Part shown: positions 47,772-57,862 of the stretch, in pieces
How positions within the stretch are numbered: position 1 is the stretch's first letter
Layout of the letters: each line of letters opens with the position of its first letter
From: Sulfurimicrobium sp.
GTDB taxonomy: Bacteria; Pseudomonadota; Gammaproteobacteria; Burkholderiales; Sulfuricellaceae
Reading direction: 5' to 3'
Length of the DNA: 64,000 nt
Assembly: GCA_030652035.1 (NCBI GenBank)
Contig: JAUSBJ010000036.1
Location: forward strand, 45,880 to 109,879
Program-made: the position numbers and the translations under genes
The notes under the pieces: generated by a model
What the model saw: the letters and a program-made list of their open reading frames with translations, nothing else
The model's database searches: none
What the model was told of the DNA's origin: nothing

Positions 47772-48263
47772 ATGCGGCATATTATTTCTCTCCTGATGGA
47801 AAACGAAGCCGGCGCCCTGTCCCGCGTAGCGGGCCTGTTCTCGGCACGCGGCTACAATATCGAATCGCTGACCGTGGCGCCGACGGAAGACGCCACGCTA
47901 TCGCGCATGACCATCGTCACGCGCGGTTCAGATGAAGTCATCGAGCAGATCACCAAACAGCTCAACAAACTGGTGGATACGGTCAGGGTAGTGGACCTCT
48001 CTGACGGTGGTCATATCGAACGCGAACTGATGCTGGTCAAAGTCCGCGCCGAAGGGCTCTTGCGCGAGGAAATGAAACGCATGTCGGATATTTTCCGCGG
48101 CCGCATCATCGATGTTACCGACAAGACCTACACTATTGAAATAACGGGCGCCGGCCACAAACTGGATGCCTTTCTCAATGCACTGGACAAAAGCGCGATA
48201 CTGGAAACAGTGCGCACCGGCGCATCCGGCATCGGACGCGGCGACAGAATACTTAAATCGTGA
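47772..48263 (+). CDS. ilvH: Acetolactate synthase small subunit
   Basis: ENEAGALSRVAGLFSARGYNIESL. Confidence 0.96.
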   Translation: MRHIISLLMENEAGALSRVAGLFSARGYNIESLTVAPTEDATLSRMTIVTRGSDEVIEQITKQLNKLVDTVRVVDLSDGGHIERELMLVKVRAEGLLREEMKRMSDIFRGRIIDVTDKTYTIEITGAGHKLDAFLNALDKSAILETVRTGASGIGRGDRILKS

Positions 48264-48328
48264 GGAGTCAGGAGTGAAGGGTCAGGCGTCCGCGCTTTTC
48301 CCCTCACGCCTCACCCCTCACCTCTCAC
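48260..48328. repeat. Heptamer-repeat hairpin element
   Basis: (GTGAGGA-like)x4 then (CCCCTCA-like)x4; begins at the ilvH stop codon. Confidence 0.85.
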
Positions 48329-48335
48329 TTTTTGA

Positions 48336-49366
<1,031 letters not shown>

Positions 49367-49367
<1 letters not shown>

Positions 49368-49440
49368 TGATGGGTAAGTGGCGATGGGTAATGCGGGGTT
49401 TCCACATTACCCATCACCCATCCCTCATTAACCCATTACC
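49367..49440. repeat. Heptamer-repeat hairpin element
   Basis: (GTGATGG-like)x4 then (CATCACC-like)x5; begins at the ilvC stop codon; same family as the gspJ element. Confidence 0.85.
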
Positions 49441-49470
49441 AGCATGTGCATCGGCGTAGCCCCTCCCAAA

Positions 49471-50115
49471 TTGAACAATTATCCTCACCCCATTATTGCC
49501 CGTGAAGGCTGGCCGTTTCTTGTTGCAACGGTAGGCGCTTCCCTTTTCACAACGCTCTGGGCCGGCTGGTTGTGGGCCTTGCCACTGTGGATCATCAGCC
49601 TGTTTGTCCTGCAGTTTTTTCGTGACCCGGCACGCACCGTGCCGCAGGCGCCCAATGCTGTACTTTCGCCCGCAGATGGCCGCATCGTCGCCGTGGAACG
49701 CGCCTACGATCACTATCTGCAACGCGACGCGCTTAAAATCAGCGTATTCATGAATGTCTTCAACGTGCACTCCAACCGTAGCCCGGTGGATGGCACGGTT
49801 AAGGAAGTCTGGTATCACCCCGGCAAGTTTTTCAATGCCGACCTTGCCAAGGCCTCGCTGGAAAACGAACGCAACGCCGTGTGGATACAAACCAAGAGCG
49901 GCGTGGACGTAACCTCGGTCCAGGTGGCTGGTCTGATTGCACGGCGCATCCTGTGCTACGTGGTGCCCACTGACGATCTGGCCCGTGGCCAGCGTTACGG
50001 CTTCATTCGCTTTGGCTCCAGGGTGGATGTATACCTGCCGCTGACAGCCCAGCCAAAGGTCAGCCTGGGCGACAAGGTTTACGCCACGGAAACCATACTG
50101 GCAGAACTTGTCTAA
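49471..50115 (+). CDS. psd: Phosphatidylserine decarboxylase (short type)
   Basis: FFRDP, SPADG, HSNRSP, ENERN, FGSRVD; start uncertain (49444 or 49471). Confidence 0.93.
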   Translation: MNNYPHPIIAREGWPFLVATVGASLFTTLWAGWLWALPLWIISLFVLQFFRDPARTVPQAPNAVLSPADGRIVAVERAYDHYLQRDALKISVFMNVFNVHSNRSPVDGTVKEVWYHPGKFFNADLAKASLENERNAVWIQTKSGVDVTSVQVAGLIARRILCYVVPTDDLARGQRYGFIRFGSRVDVYLPLTAQPKVSLGDKVYATETILAELV

Positions 50116-50122
50116 AAGCCTT

Positions 50123-50899
50123 ATGCAAGATCCGGACAAATCCAAAGCCCTGCTCGACCCCAACAAGCGCCGGCGCGGGATTTACCTGCTGCCCAACCTG
50201 CTCACCACGGCCGCGCTGTTCGCCGGCTTCTACTCCATCGTCCAGGCCATGAATGGCCGCTATGAAGCCGCGGCAGTCGCCATTTTCATCGCCATGGTGC
50301 TGGATGGCCTGGATGGCCGGGTGGCACGCATGACTCGGACCCAGAGTGCTTTTGGTGCCGAATACGACTCGCTCTCCGACATGGTTTCCTTCGGCGTCGC
50401 GCCGGCGCTTGTCATCTATGTCTGGGCACTGAAAGACATGGGCAAGCTGGGCTGGATCGCGGCCTTCGTGTACTGTGCCAGCGCCGCTCTCCGACTGGCG
50501 CGCTTCAACACCCAGCTTGAAGTCGCGGACAAGCGTTACTTCCAGGGCCTGCCCAGCCCTGCTGCTGCCGCGCTAATTGCCGGCCTGATCTGGGTAATGC
50601 ACGATTATGGAATCAAGGGCGGAGAAATCCGCTGGCTGGCCTGGGGAGTCACGCTCTTTGCCGGCCTCACCATGGTCAGCAATGTCCGCTACTACAGTGG
50701 CAAGGACATCAATCTGCGCCGCAGCGTCCCATTTGCGTTCGTGCTGCTGATCGTGCTGGGATTTATCCTGATTTCGCTTGATCCGGCTCATGTGCTGTTT
50801 GGCGCTTTTGTACTTTACGGCCTGTCCGGCTATGTCGGCTGGCTATGGCAGCACAGGCGCTCTCGCCGCGCGAGGATCGAACCTCCTGCACAAGAATAA
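50123..50899 (+). CDS. pssA: CDP-diacylglycerol--serine O-phosphatidyltransferase
   Basis: LPNLLT, DGLDGRVAR...FGAEYDSLSD, RLARFN. Confidence 0.94.
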   Translation: MQDPDKSKALLDPNKRRRGIYLLPNLLTTAALFAGFYSIVQAMNGRYEAAAVAIFIAMVLDGLDGRVARMTRTQSAFGAEYDSLSDMVSFGVAPALVIYVWALKDMGKLGWIAAFVYCASAALRLARFNTQLEVADKRYFQGLPSPAAAALIAGLIWVMHDYGIKGGEIRWLAWGVTLFAGLTMVSNVRYYSGKDINLRRSVPFAFVLLIVLGFILISLDPAHVLFGAFVLYGLSGYVGWLWQHRRSRRARIEPPAQE

Positions 50900-51035
50900 A
50901 CCGTAAAATTGCCGTGCCTGTGGCCACCCAAATCCGGTCAGTGCGCCACATGCTTCTTGACTCACCTTACCACTCATTACGCCTGGACCGGTCCCTGGAA
51001 TAAATTCCAGGGCAGGCTGCCGGGAGCAATAGCAC

Positions 51036-52430
51036 ATGTCATTCGAAAGCCTCGGGCTACGCCCCGAAATCCAGCGCGCAGTCGCCGAGCAGGGCTATAC
51101 AGAACCCACCCCGATCCAGGCGCAGGCCATCCCCGTGGTGCTGCAGGGCCGCGACATCATGGCGGGCGCGCAGACCGGCACCGGCAAGACCGCCGGCTTC
51201 ACCCTGCCCCTGCTGCACCGCCTCGCCACCCACGCCAGCACCAGCACATCGCCGGCCAAGCACCCGATACGCGCCCTGATCCTCACCCCCACGCGCGAAC
51301 TCGCTGCCCAGGTGGAAGAAAGCGTGCGTACCTACGGCAAATACCTGCCCCTGAAAGCGACCGTGATTTACGGCGGGGTCAACATGAACCCGCAGATCGA
51401 GGCCCTGCGCACCGGCGTCGACATCGTGGTCGCCACCCCCGGCCGCCTGCTGGATCACGTCCAGCAAAAGAGCATCAACCTCTCCAAAGTCGAATTCCTG
51501 GTGCTGGACGAAGCCGACCGCATGCTGGACATGGGTTTCCTGCCTGACCTCAAGCGCATCATGGACCTGCTGCCCAAGCAGCGCCAGAGCCTGCTGTTCT
51601 CAGCCACTTTTGCAGAGGAAATCAAGCGCCTGTCGGATTCCCTGCTGCGCGATCCGATCCTGATCGAAGTCGCACGCCGCAATACCGCCGCCGAAACCGT
51701 CACCCAGATCGCCTATCGTGTGGATCAGGATAGGAAGCGCGAACTGCTCGCCCACCTGATCAAAAGCCAGGATCTGCGCCAGGTGCTGGTGTTCACCCGC
51801 ACCAAGCACGGCGCCGACCGCCTCGCCCACCAGCTCGACCGCGACGGCATCCGTTCGGACGCGATTCACGGCGACAAGACCCAGCCGCAGCGCACCAAGG
51901 CCCTGTCGGACTTCAAGGAAGGCGAGGTGCGAGTGCTGGTGGCCACCGACGTGGCTGCGCGCGGCATCGACATCGACCAGCTGCCCCATGTCTTCAACTT
52001 CGAGATGCCCAATTCGCCGGAAGATTACGTCCACCGCATCGGGCGCACCGGCCGCGCCGGCAGCCAGGGCATTGCAATTTCCCTGGTGAGCGGGGAAGAA
52101 ATGCGGATGCTGGGCGAGATCGAGCGCCTCATCAAGCGCGAGATTCCCAAGGAGGTCGTCGCGGGATTCGAACCGGGATCAGCGTCCAGTTCCACCGACT
52201 CCACAAGGGAACGCGGTCCACGAGGGCGTGAACGCGCTCCCCAGCGCCGGCCCGAACTGCCTTCAGCGGCAGAGCGCCATGCCCAGCGTGCACCAAGCGA
52301 AGGCTTGCCGAAACCGGCTGCCAACAATCACCATCAGAAGCAGCCGATGGGCCATGCGGCTTCGCATGGGAAACGGCCACAGCGGCAGGTTGCGGCGTTA
52401 TTGGGTGGGTTGAAGCGGAAAGACAGTTAA
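51036..52430 (+). CDS. rhlE: DEAD-box RNA helicase (RhlE-like)
   Basis: [31 protein letters not shown]. Confidence 0.88.
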   Translation: MSFESLGLRPEIQRAVAEQGYTEPTPIQAQAIPVVLQGRDIMAGAQTGTGKTAGFTLPLLHRLATHASTSTSPAKHPIRALILTPTRELAAQVEESVRTYGKYLPLKATVIYGGVNMNPQIEALRTGVDIVVATPGRLLDHVQQKSINLSKVEFLVLDEADRMLDMGFLPDLKRIMDLLPKQRQSLLFSATFAEEIKRLSDSLLRDPILIEVARRNTAAETVTQIAYRVDQDRKRELLAHLIKSQDLRQVLVFTRTKHGADRLAHQLDRDGIRSDAIHGDKTQPQRTKALSDFKEGEVRVLVATDVAARGIDIDQLPHVFNFEMPNSPEDYVHRIGRTGRAGSQGIAISLVSGEEMRMLGEIERLIKREIPKEVVAGFEPGSASSSTDSTRERGPRGRERAPQRRPELPSAAERHAQRAPSEGLPKPAANNHHQKQPMGHAASHGKRPQRQVAALLGGLKRKDS

Positions 52431-52476
52431 TTCAGATCGGCATTTCTTTGCGGACATTCGCAAAGAAATGTCTGAA
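52431..52476. terminator. Hairpin directly after the helicase gene
   Basis: CATTTCTTTGCG-gacatt-CGCAAAGAAATG, extended by TTCAGA/TCTGAA. Confidence 0.55.
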
Positions 52477-52675
52477 TATTGAGTCATTGCTCCGTCTCGT
52501 TTATCCGTCGAGTGCCAGATTCAAAGGAAATTGAATCGTGCCGCTTCGCGCCCTTCTAAGCATCATCTTTTGATCATAATTTCTGAATATCGCCTTGAGG
52601 GATATGCCGATGGCGTGCATACTCTTGGCCTGTCAGTATTATCAAAAACCGCTTCATTACTGTTAGCCCTTTCAT

Positions 52676-53236
52676 ATGCACATTGAAGGCACCCTCACAA
52701 AATGGAATGATGATCGCGGATTTGGATTCATCACACCCTCTCAAGGCGGTCCAGAGGTATTCGTTCACATTTCAGCTTTTCCAAAAGACTGTCAGCGCCC
52801 CAAGCTCGGCGAACGACTCACGTTTGAGATAGAAATTGCTCAAGATGGAAAGAAACGTGCAAAGAATCTCTTGTATCCCGGCCGCCCAATCGTGCGTCCT
52901 ATTCGCCAGAGTGACCTACACTACCGCCACGAAAAAAAGAACTCCGTCAGACAAATCATTCCTCTTATCATCGTTGTCGCATTGGTAACCTATGGCTATA
53001 ACAAATACAACCACCACACTTCTCCGGAAATGACTGTTACTGCCCAATCTAATGAAGCTGTTACTACCCAATTCAACGAAAAAGAAACTTCGACATCCTT
53101 TCAGTGCGATGGTCGAACTCATTGCTCACAAATGACTTCTTGCGCCGAGGCCACCTTTTTTTTAAGAAATTGTCCCAATGTTCAAATGGATGGCAACAAT
53201 GATGGTGTCCCGTGTGAACAACAGTGGTGTGGATAG
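52676..53236 (+). CDS. Cold-shock domain + TM + Excalibur Ca-binding domain protein
   Basis: WNDDRGFGFI...VFVHISAF; TM segment; CDGRTHCSQMTSC.EA...MDGNNDGVPCE; AT-richer than its neighbours. Confidence 0.9.
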   Translation: MHIEGTLTKWNDDRGFGFITPSQGGPEVFVHISAFPKDCQRPKLGERLTFEIEIAQDGKKRAKNLLYPGRPIVRPIRQSDLHYRHEKKNSVRQIIPLIIVVALVTYGYNKYNHHTSPEMTVTAQSNEAVTTQFNEKETSTSFQCDGRTHCSQMTSCAEATFFLRNCPNVQMDGNNDGVPCEQQWCG

Positions 53237-53241
53237 TTCGT

Positions 53242-53273
53242 GTGGGGCGCAATAACCAACTGGCATTGCGCCG
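53242..53273. repeat. REP-like hairpin
   Basis: GTGG-GGCGCAAT-N11-ATTGCGCC (GTRG-type head plus stem). Confidence 0.55.
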
Positions 53274-53319
53274 TTTGTGGTGAAACATTGCTATTTGGTG
53301 CGCTTCGTGGATGTTTGAT

Positions 53320-53882
53320 TGCCGGGGGCAGCCCGGCGGCTGATTACCTTTCTTGCTTCGCCAAGAAACGTAATCGAAAGAAGGCGACCCCCATCCACCG
53401 CCCCCTTCGGGGGTTCCCTGCGCTGCTCGCCAAGCCGGGCGGCTGCGCAACTCGCGCTGCGCGCTCAGACAGTCCTCGCCGAAAGCCCCCGTCTTGGCTG
53501 TGCTGCTCAGCGGTGGACCGAGGGGAGTTAGCATCAAACCCATCACCCATCCCCACCCTGGCCCTCCCCTTGAAGGGGAGGGTACGCCTTTGCCATGCAC
53601 TTCGCGCTGAAGATTTTTCCGGATACCCAACGTGGAGCCACCACCCACTTCCCCTCTGCGCCGCTTCGGTTTGGCCAACAAATTGGGGGCCTTCGGCTGC
53701 GCCCTGTCTGAGCTCCGCGACAGCCCGCGTTTTGTGCGGGCTGTTAGGGCGAGTTGCGCAGACGCCCAATTTGTTGGCCAAACCGAAGGAACCCGGAGGG
53801 TGGCGCAGCGGGGTCGCCTTCTTTTGGTTAACTTTTCTTGGCGAAGCAAGAAAAGTAACCCGCTTGCCGGGCGGCCCCGGCA
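53320..53882. repeat. Inverted pair of ~205-235 bp structured elements (53320-53526 and 53649-53882) around a CCCTCCCCT-TGA-AGGGGAGGG hairpin
   Basis: Shared blocks TTCTTGCTTCGCCAAGAAA, AAAGAAGGCGACCCC, CTGCGCAACTCGC and GCTCAGACAG appear in opposite orientations. Confidence 0.85.
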
Positions 53883-53936
53883 CCCAATCATCCATGCGCA
53901 AAGCGCATTCAAAACCCCAACTAGGGCCAAAAACAC

Positions 53937-54515
53937 TCAGCCCAGAAAAGCTTCCTTCGACCCCAGATATTCCAACTCCTCCCGGCTACTCTCCCGCCCC
54001 AGAACCGCATTGCGGTGCGGAAAACGCCCGAATTTTCTGATCAGCTCGCGATGATGTCTGGCAAACCGTAAATTCCCCTCCAGCCCCGCCTGCTCAAACA
54101 TCTTCACCGACAAATCCTGATCCGCAAGATTCTCGCTATGCATCAGCGGCATGTACAGAAAACCCAAGCGCCCGGGATCAATCGTCCTGTCGTAGCCCCT
54201 GGCAATGGCAAGCTTGCAGACCTCGACTGCCTGCTGCTCGGTCGAAAAACTACTGGCCTCGCCGCGAAACATGTTGAGCGGCAGCTGATCCAGCACGATC
54301 ACCAGCGCCAGGCAGCCTTCTGGGCTGCTCTTCCAGTCATCCAGCCGCCCTTCCAGAGCCGCGCGCCATACCTGCTCATAGCTGGCGCGAATTTCCGCAT
54401 CCAGTTGCGGTGAGGAAGAGAACCAGCGCGAGGCCATAGGTTCCGAGTACCAGAATTCCAGGATATCGCCGGGGGTGAGGGCTGGAACATCCGCGCTGCC
54501 TTGTATTTCCGTCAT
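53937..54515 (-). CDS. DUF924-family protein
   Basis: ILEFW, LDQLP.NMFR, FLYMPLMHSE, FGRFPHRN. Confidence 0.92.
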   Translation of the reverse strand: MTEIQGSADVPALTPGDILEFWYSEPMASRWFSSSPQLDAEIRASYEQVWRAALEGRLDDWKSSPEGCLALVIVLDQLPLNMFRGEASSFSTEQQAVEVCKLAIARGYDRTIDPGRLGFLYMPLMHSENLADQDLSVKMFEQAGLEGNLRFARHHRELIRKFGRFPHRNAVLGRESSREELEYLGSKEAFLG

Positions 54516-54517
54516 GA

Positions 54518-57500
54518 TCAAACCTCCACCAGCACCGGGCCGGGAAAAATCAGGGCGCAGTGAATCACTTTGCCGGGAAACACGCTTTCCATGGCATTGC
54601 GGTATTCGCGCATCTGCCCCAGATAGGGCGCAGCCAAAGCTTGCGGATCGCCCCCGGAAGCGCCGGTCTTGTAGTCCAGCACCCACACGCTGTCAACAAA
54701 TTCGACCAGGCGGTCAAGGCGCCGCAGTTCTCCGTCCGTACCCTGATAGCCGAGTTCGTTGTATGCTGCCAGATACTGGGCTGGATCGTAAAAATGGCGC
54801 AGATCCGGCGCCTCCAGTACATCAAGGGCGCTCTGCCAGAGCGGGGCGAATTCTTCGGGCTCCAGCGCCAGCTTCGCCCGCAGGCTTTCCGCCTGCCCTG
54901 CCAGCGGCTGATCCAGGCGCACCCACTCCAGCAGGGCGTGCACCTGGATGCCGTAAAGGCGCGCAGCATCCAGCCTGGCGAACTCGCGCCGCCCGGTCGG
55001 CGGCACGGGCAAGGGCGTGATCCGTGCCTGTTCCGGCGGCATCACCTTGGCTGCAAGTGGTTGCTGCAGCATCGCTGGCAGTTCGCTCTCTAACCCGGCC
55101 TCCGCCAGGCCAAGATGGAGTTGCTGGTACCACGTCTCTGACGCCCGGCTGCTGGCACAGCCGCTGACGATGAACATCTGCCGCGCCCGCGTCATGGCAA
55201 CGTAGAGCAGGTTTAGATTCTCGCGCCGGGCATGCTGCTGTTCCTCGTCCACAATGCGCTCGTGCGCCCGTGCCTGCTCGGACTTGCAGCTGAGCAGAGC
55301 AAAATATTGCGGTGACGGGGCTTGTGGCGGCCAGTTGATCAAGGCACGGTAGCCACCGTCATTGCGCGGCGCCGTATTGGCATCGAGCAGCCATACGATG
55401 GGCGCTTCCAGCCCCTTGGCACCATGCACAGTGAGTATCCGCACCGCATTGCCGCCATCGCCGATCAGCCCTTCATCCGGCGATTCCTGTTCGGGCGCGC
55501 GGCGCAGGGCCGCCACCTCGTTGATGAAGCGCGCCAGACTGGGATAACGTCCGCTGTCCATGTTCAGCGCCAGTTCGATGAACGCATGCAGATTGGCCTG
55601 CACCGCGCCGGTCATGGCCTCAGGCACGGCACTGCGATAGCGCGCAAGCACCTCGCCTTCGAAGTAAATCCGGTCCAGGAGGTCGTGCACCGGCAGGCGG
55701 TCAGCCATGTACTGCCATGACTGGAGGCGGGTGCGCGCCTGCTGCAGCGAGGGGCTCAGTGCTTCCTCATCCAGCTGGCGCAGGCGTTGCCACCAGCTCA
55801 ACCCCTCCCGGCCTCCCCTTGTCAGGGGAGGAGTGTCTAGCTTCCCCCCTGACAAGGGGGGATCGAGGGGGGTTGGGGTTTGGGTTGCCAGCCGCATCAG
55901 ATCGTCATTCGAGCAGCCAAAGATCGGCGACCTCAGCACCTGCGCCAGTTTCAGGTCGGCAAAAGGCGTGACCAGAAACTCCAGCAGGGCCACCAGGTCG
56001 CCGCACTCCAGGGTGTCCAGCAATCCGCCCTGGCGCGAGCTGAGATAGGGAATGCGCGCCGCGCGCAGTTTGCGCTCATAGCTGGCAAGCCAGGTGCGGC
56101 CCCGCACCAGGAGCATGAAATCGCGGTATTCGGCAGGACGCGGGCCGGTTTTCTCGTCCATGACCTGACAGGTGCCGACCATGGCAGCGATTTTCTCCGC
56201 CACCAGCTCGGCTTCCTGTTCGTGGCGAGCATCCTCGTCTTCCTCGCGCGCCTGCCGTAGCGGGTTGCGCAGCACCAGCCCGTCTTCGCATACTGCCGCA
56301 GCGCTGGATTTTTCCGCCAGCGGCAGGATGGCAATCGCCCCCGGCACGTCATCCTGATGCCAGGCATGCTCGCGGAACCCGCTGAAATCCGGCTGCGCCG
56401 CAAACACCCGGTTTACCGCCTGGATGACGCCCGGCGCGCTGCGGCGCGACGTGTCCTGTTCCAGGCGGGCGGCGGCAAAATCGCGCGCCAGATCCTCAGC
56501 GGCGATCTGGAACAGGCGCGGCTCGGCGCGCCGGAAGCGGTAGATCGACTGCTTGGGGTCGCCCACCAGGAAGACGCTGGGCCGGTTCCCGGCCGCGCCA
56601 TAGGACGACAGCCAGGATTGCATGACCTGCCACTGCATGGGGTTGGTGTCCTGGAACTCGTCCAGCAGGATGTGCTTGTAGCGGCTATCCAGCTTGTACT
56701 GCATGTATTCCGCATCCTCGCCGCGACTCAGGAGCTGGAACACGCGCCATTCCACATCGGCGAAATCCAGCATCTGGCGCGCTTCCTTGAGGCGCTGGTA
56801 GGCCGCCAGCAAGGCCGCGCCGCAAAGCAGACCGTCACGGTTGAAACGGTACGCCGCCTGGGCGGCCAGGCGATCGCGGGCCTCATACAGTACGAAGCAA
56901 AGCTGTTGATGCAATTCGAGCAGGCGCATTTCCTTGTCCGCACCCAGGCGTTTGGCCTGTGTTGTGGACGGATTACGAGCGCGGGGCGTGCCGGTCTTGG
57001 TGAAGCAAACCGCCCATATCTGCTCGAAGCGCTGGCGAGCGTCATCCAATGCAAGGGAATCAACCAGTTGAACTGCGAGTTTCTGGTCAGTCGGCGAGTT
57101 TTCCCCAAGGATCGCGGCATACTCGGCCAACCATCCGGCCAATACCGTGTCCAGCCACAACTCCGCCAGCACATCCTGCTCGGGGTCAACGTCCAGCTCC
57201 GCGCGCACCCTTTCCACGGCAAAGCCCACCGGGTCCGCCTGATCGGCCGTATAGGCCCACCACTCGGCGCGCTTGGCCACGAAGCCCAGCAGCAGGGCAC
57301 GGGTGTTGCTCAGGCCATGTTCGCTGAACAGGGTTTGCAGGGCGGCGGCGGTAGGGTCGCCATCTTCCCCCTCGGCCAGGTCCTCGGCAAAATTCTGCCA
57401 GGCTTCTTCCTGCAGGGCGGCAGTCTGGTCGAGCAGGCTGAAATTGCCGACCGAGCCATCGCCCAGCGGCGCGCGCTGCAAGAGCTGCAGGAACCAGCCG

Positions 57501-57862
57501 TGGAAAGTGTTGATGGTGAGCGCAGGCTCGGCGGTCAGCACCCGCTCCAGCAGGTTGCGCGCCTCGGGCAGGAGGATGTCGATTTCCTGTTCGGTAAGCG
57601 CGCGCTCTCGCAGGAATTTGCGTACTTCGTCTTCCGGCTGCAGGGCCAGCACATTGAGCCATTCCAAGAGGCGCGCCTGCATTTCCTGCGCGGCCTTGCG
57701 CGTGAAGGTGATGGCCAGTATCTCGCCCGGCTTCGCCCCCGCCAGCAGCAGGCGCAGGATGCGCGACACCAGCAGCCAGGTCTTGCCGCTGCCGGCGCAG
57801 GCCTCGATCACCACCGAACGTTGTGGATCGAGCGCCGTCCTGAAATCAAATGCCTCACTCAT
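54518..57862 (-). CDS. addA: AddA/RecB-like helicase-nuclease
   Basis: ACAGSGKT, DEFQDT, VGDPKQSIYRFR, TVHGAKGLE, YVAMTRA, nuclease RLDRL...LDYKTG. Confidence 0.9.
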   Translation of the reverse strand: MSEAFDFRTALDPQRSVVIEACAGSGKTWLLVSRILRLLLAGAKPGEILAITFTRKAAQEMQARLLEWLNVLALQPEDEVRKFLRERALTEQEIDILLPEARNLLERVLTAEPALTINTFHGWFLQLLQRAPLGDGSVGNFSLLDQTAALQEEAWQNFAEDLAEGEDGDPTAAALQTLFSEHGLSNTRALLLGFVAKRAEWWAYTADQADPVGFAVERVRAELDVDPEQDVLAELWLDTVLAGWLAEYAAILGENSPTDQKLAVQLVDSLALDDARQRFEQIWAVCFTKTGTPRARNPSTTQAKRLGADKEMRLLELHQQLCFVLYEARDRLAAQAAYRFNRDGLLCGAALLAAYQRLKEARQMLDFADVEWRVFQLLSRGEDAEYMQYKLDSRYKHILLDEFQDTNPMQWQVMQSWLSSYGAAGNRPSVFLVGDPKQSIYRFRRAEPRLFQIAAEDLARDFAAARLEQDTSRRSAPGVIQAVNRVFAAQPDFSGFREHAWHQDDVPGAIAILPLAEKSSAAAVCEDGLVLRNPLRQAREEDEDARHEQEAELVAEKIAAMVGTCQVMDEKTGPRPAEYRDFMLLVRGRTWLASYERKLRAARIPYLSSRQGGLLDTLECGDLVALLEFLVTPFADLKLAQVLRSPIFGCSNDDLMRLATQTPTPLDPPLSGGKLDTPPLTRGGREGLSWWQRLRQLDEEALSPSLQQARTRLQSWQYMADRLPVHDLLDRIYFEGEVLARYRSAVPEAMTGAVQANLHAFIELALNMDSGRYPSLARFINEVAALRRAPEQESPDEGLIGDGGNAVRILTVHGAKGLEAPIVWLLDANTAPRNDGGYRALINWPPQAPSPQYFALLSCKSEQARAHERIVDEEQQHARRENLNLLYVAMTRARQMFIVSGCASSRASETWYQQLHLGLAEAGLESELPAMLQQPLAAKVMPPEQARITPLPVPPTGRREFARLDAARLYGIQVHALLEWVRLDQPLAGQAESLRAKLALEPEEFAPLWQSALDVLEAPDLRHFYDPAQYLAAYNELGYQGTDGELRRLDRLVEFVDSVWVLDYKTGASGGDPQALAAPYLGQMREYRNAMESVFPGKVIHCALIFPGPVLVEV
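55800..55874. repeat. CCCCTTGTCAGGGG palindromic element inserted in frame in addA
   Basis: First 34 bp identical to 36406-36439; ~75 bp; translates TPLDPPLSGGKLDTPPLTRGGREG. Confidence 0.88.

Noticed and set aside
53073-54054. ORFs of 287, 266, 185 and 140 aa across the repeat cluster
   Set aside because: They are translations of GC-rich palindromic repeats with no domain signal.
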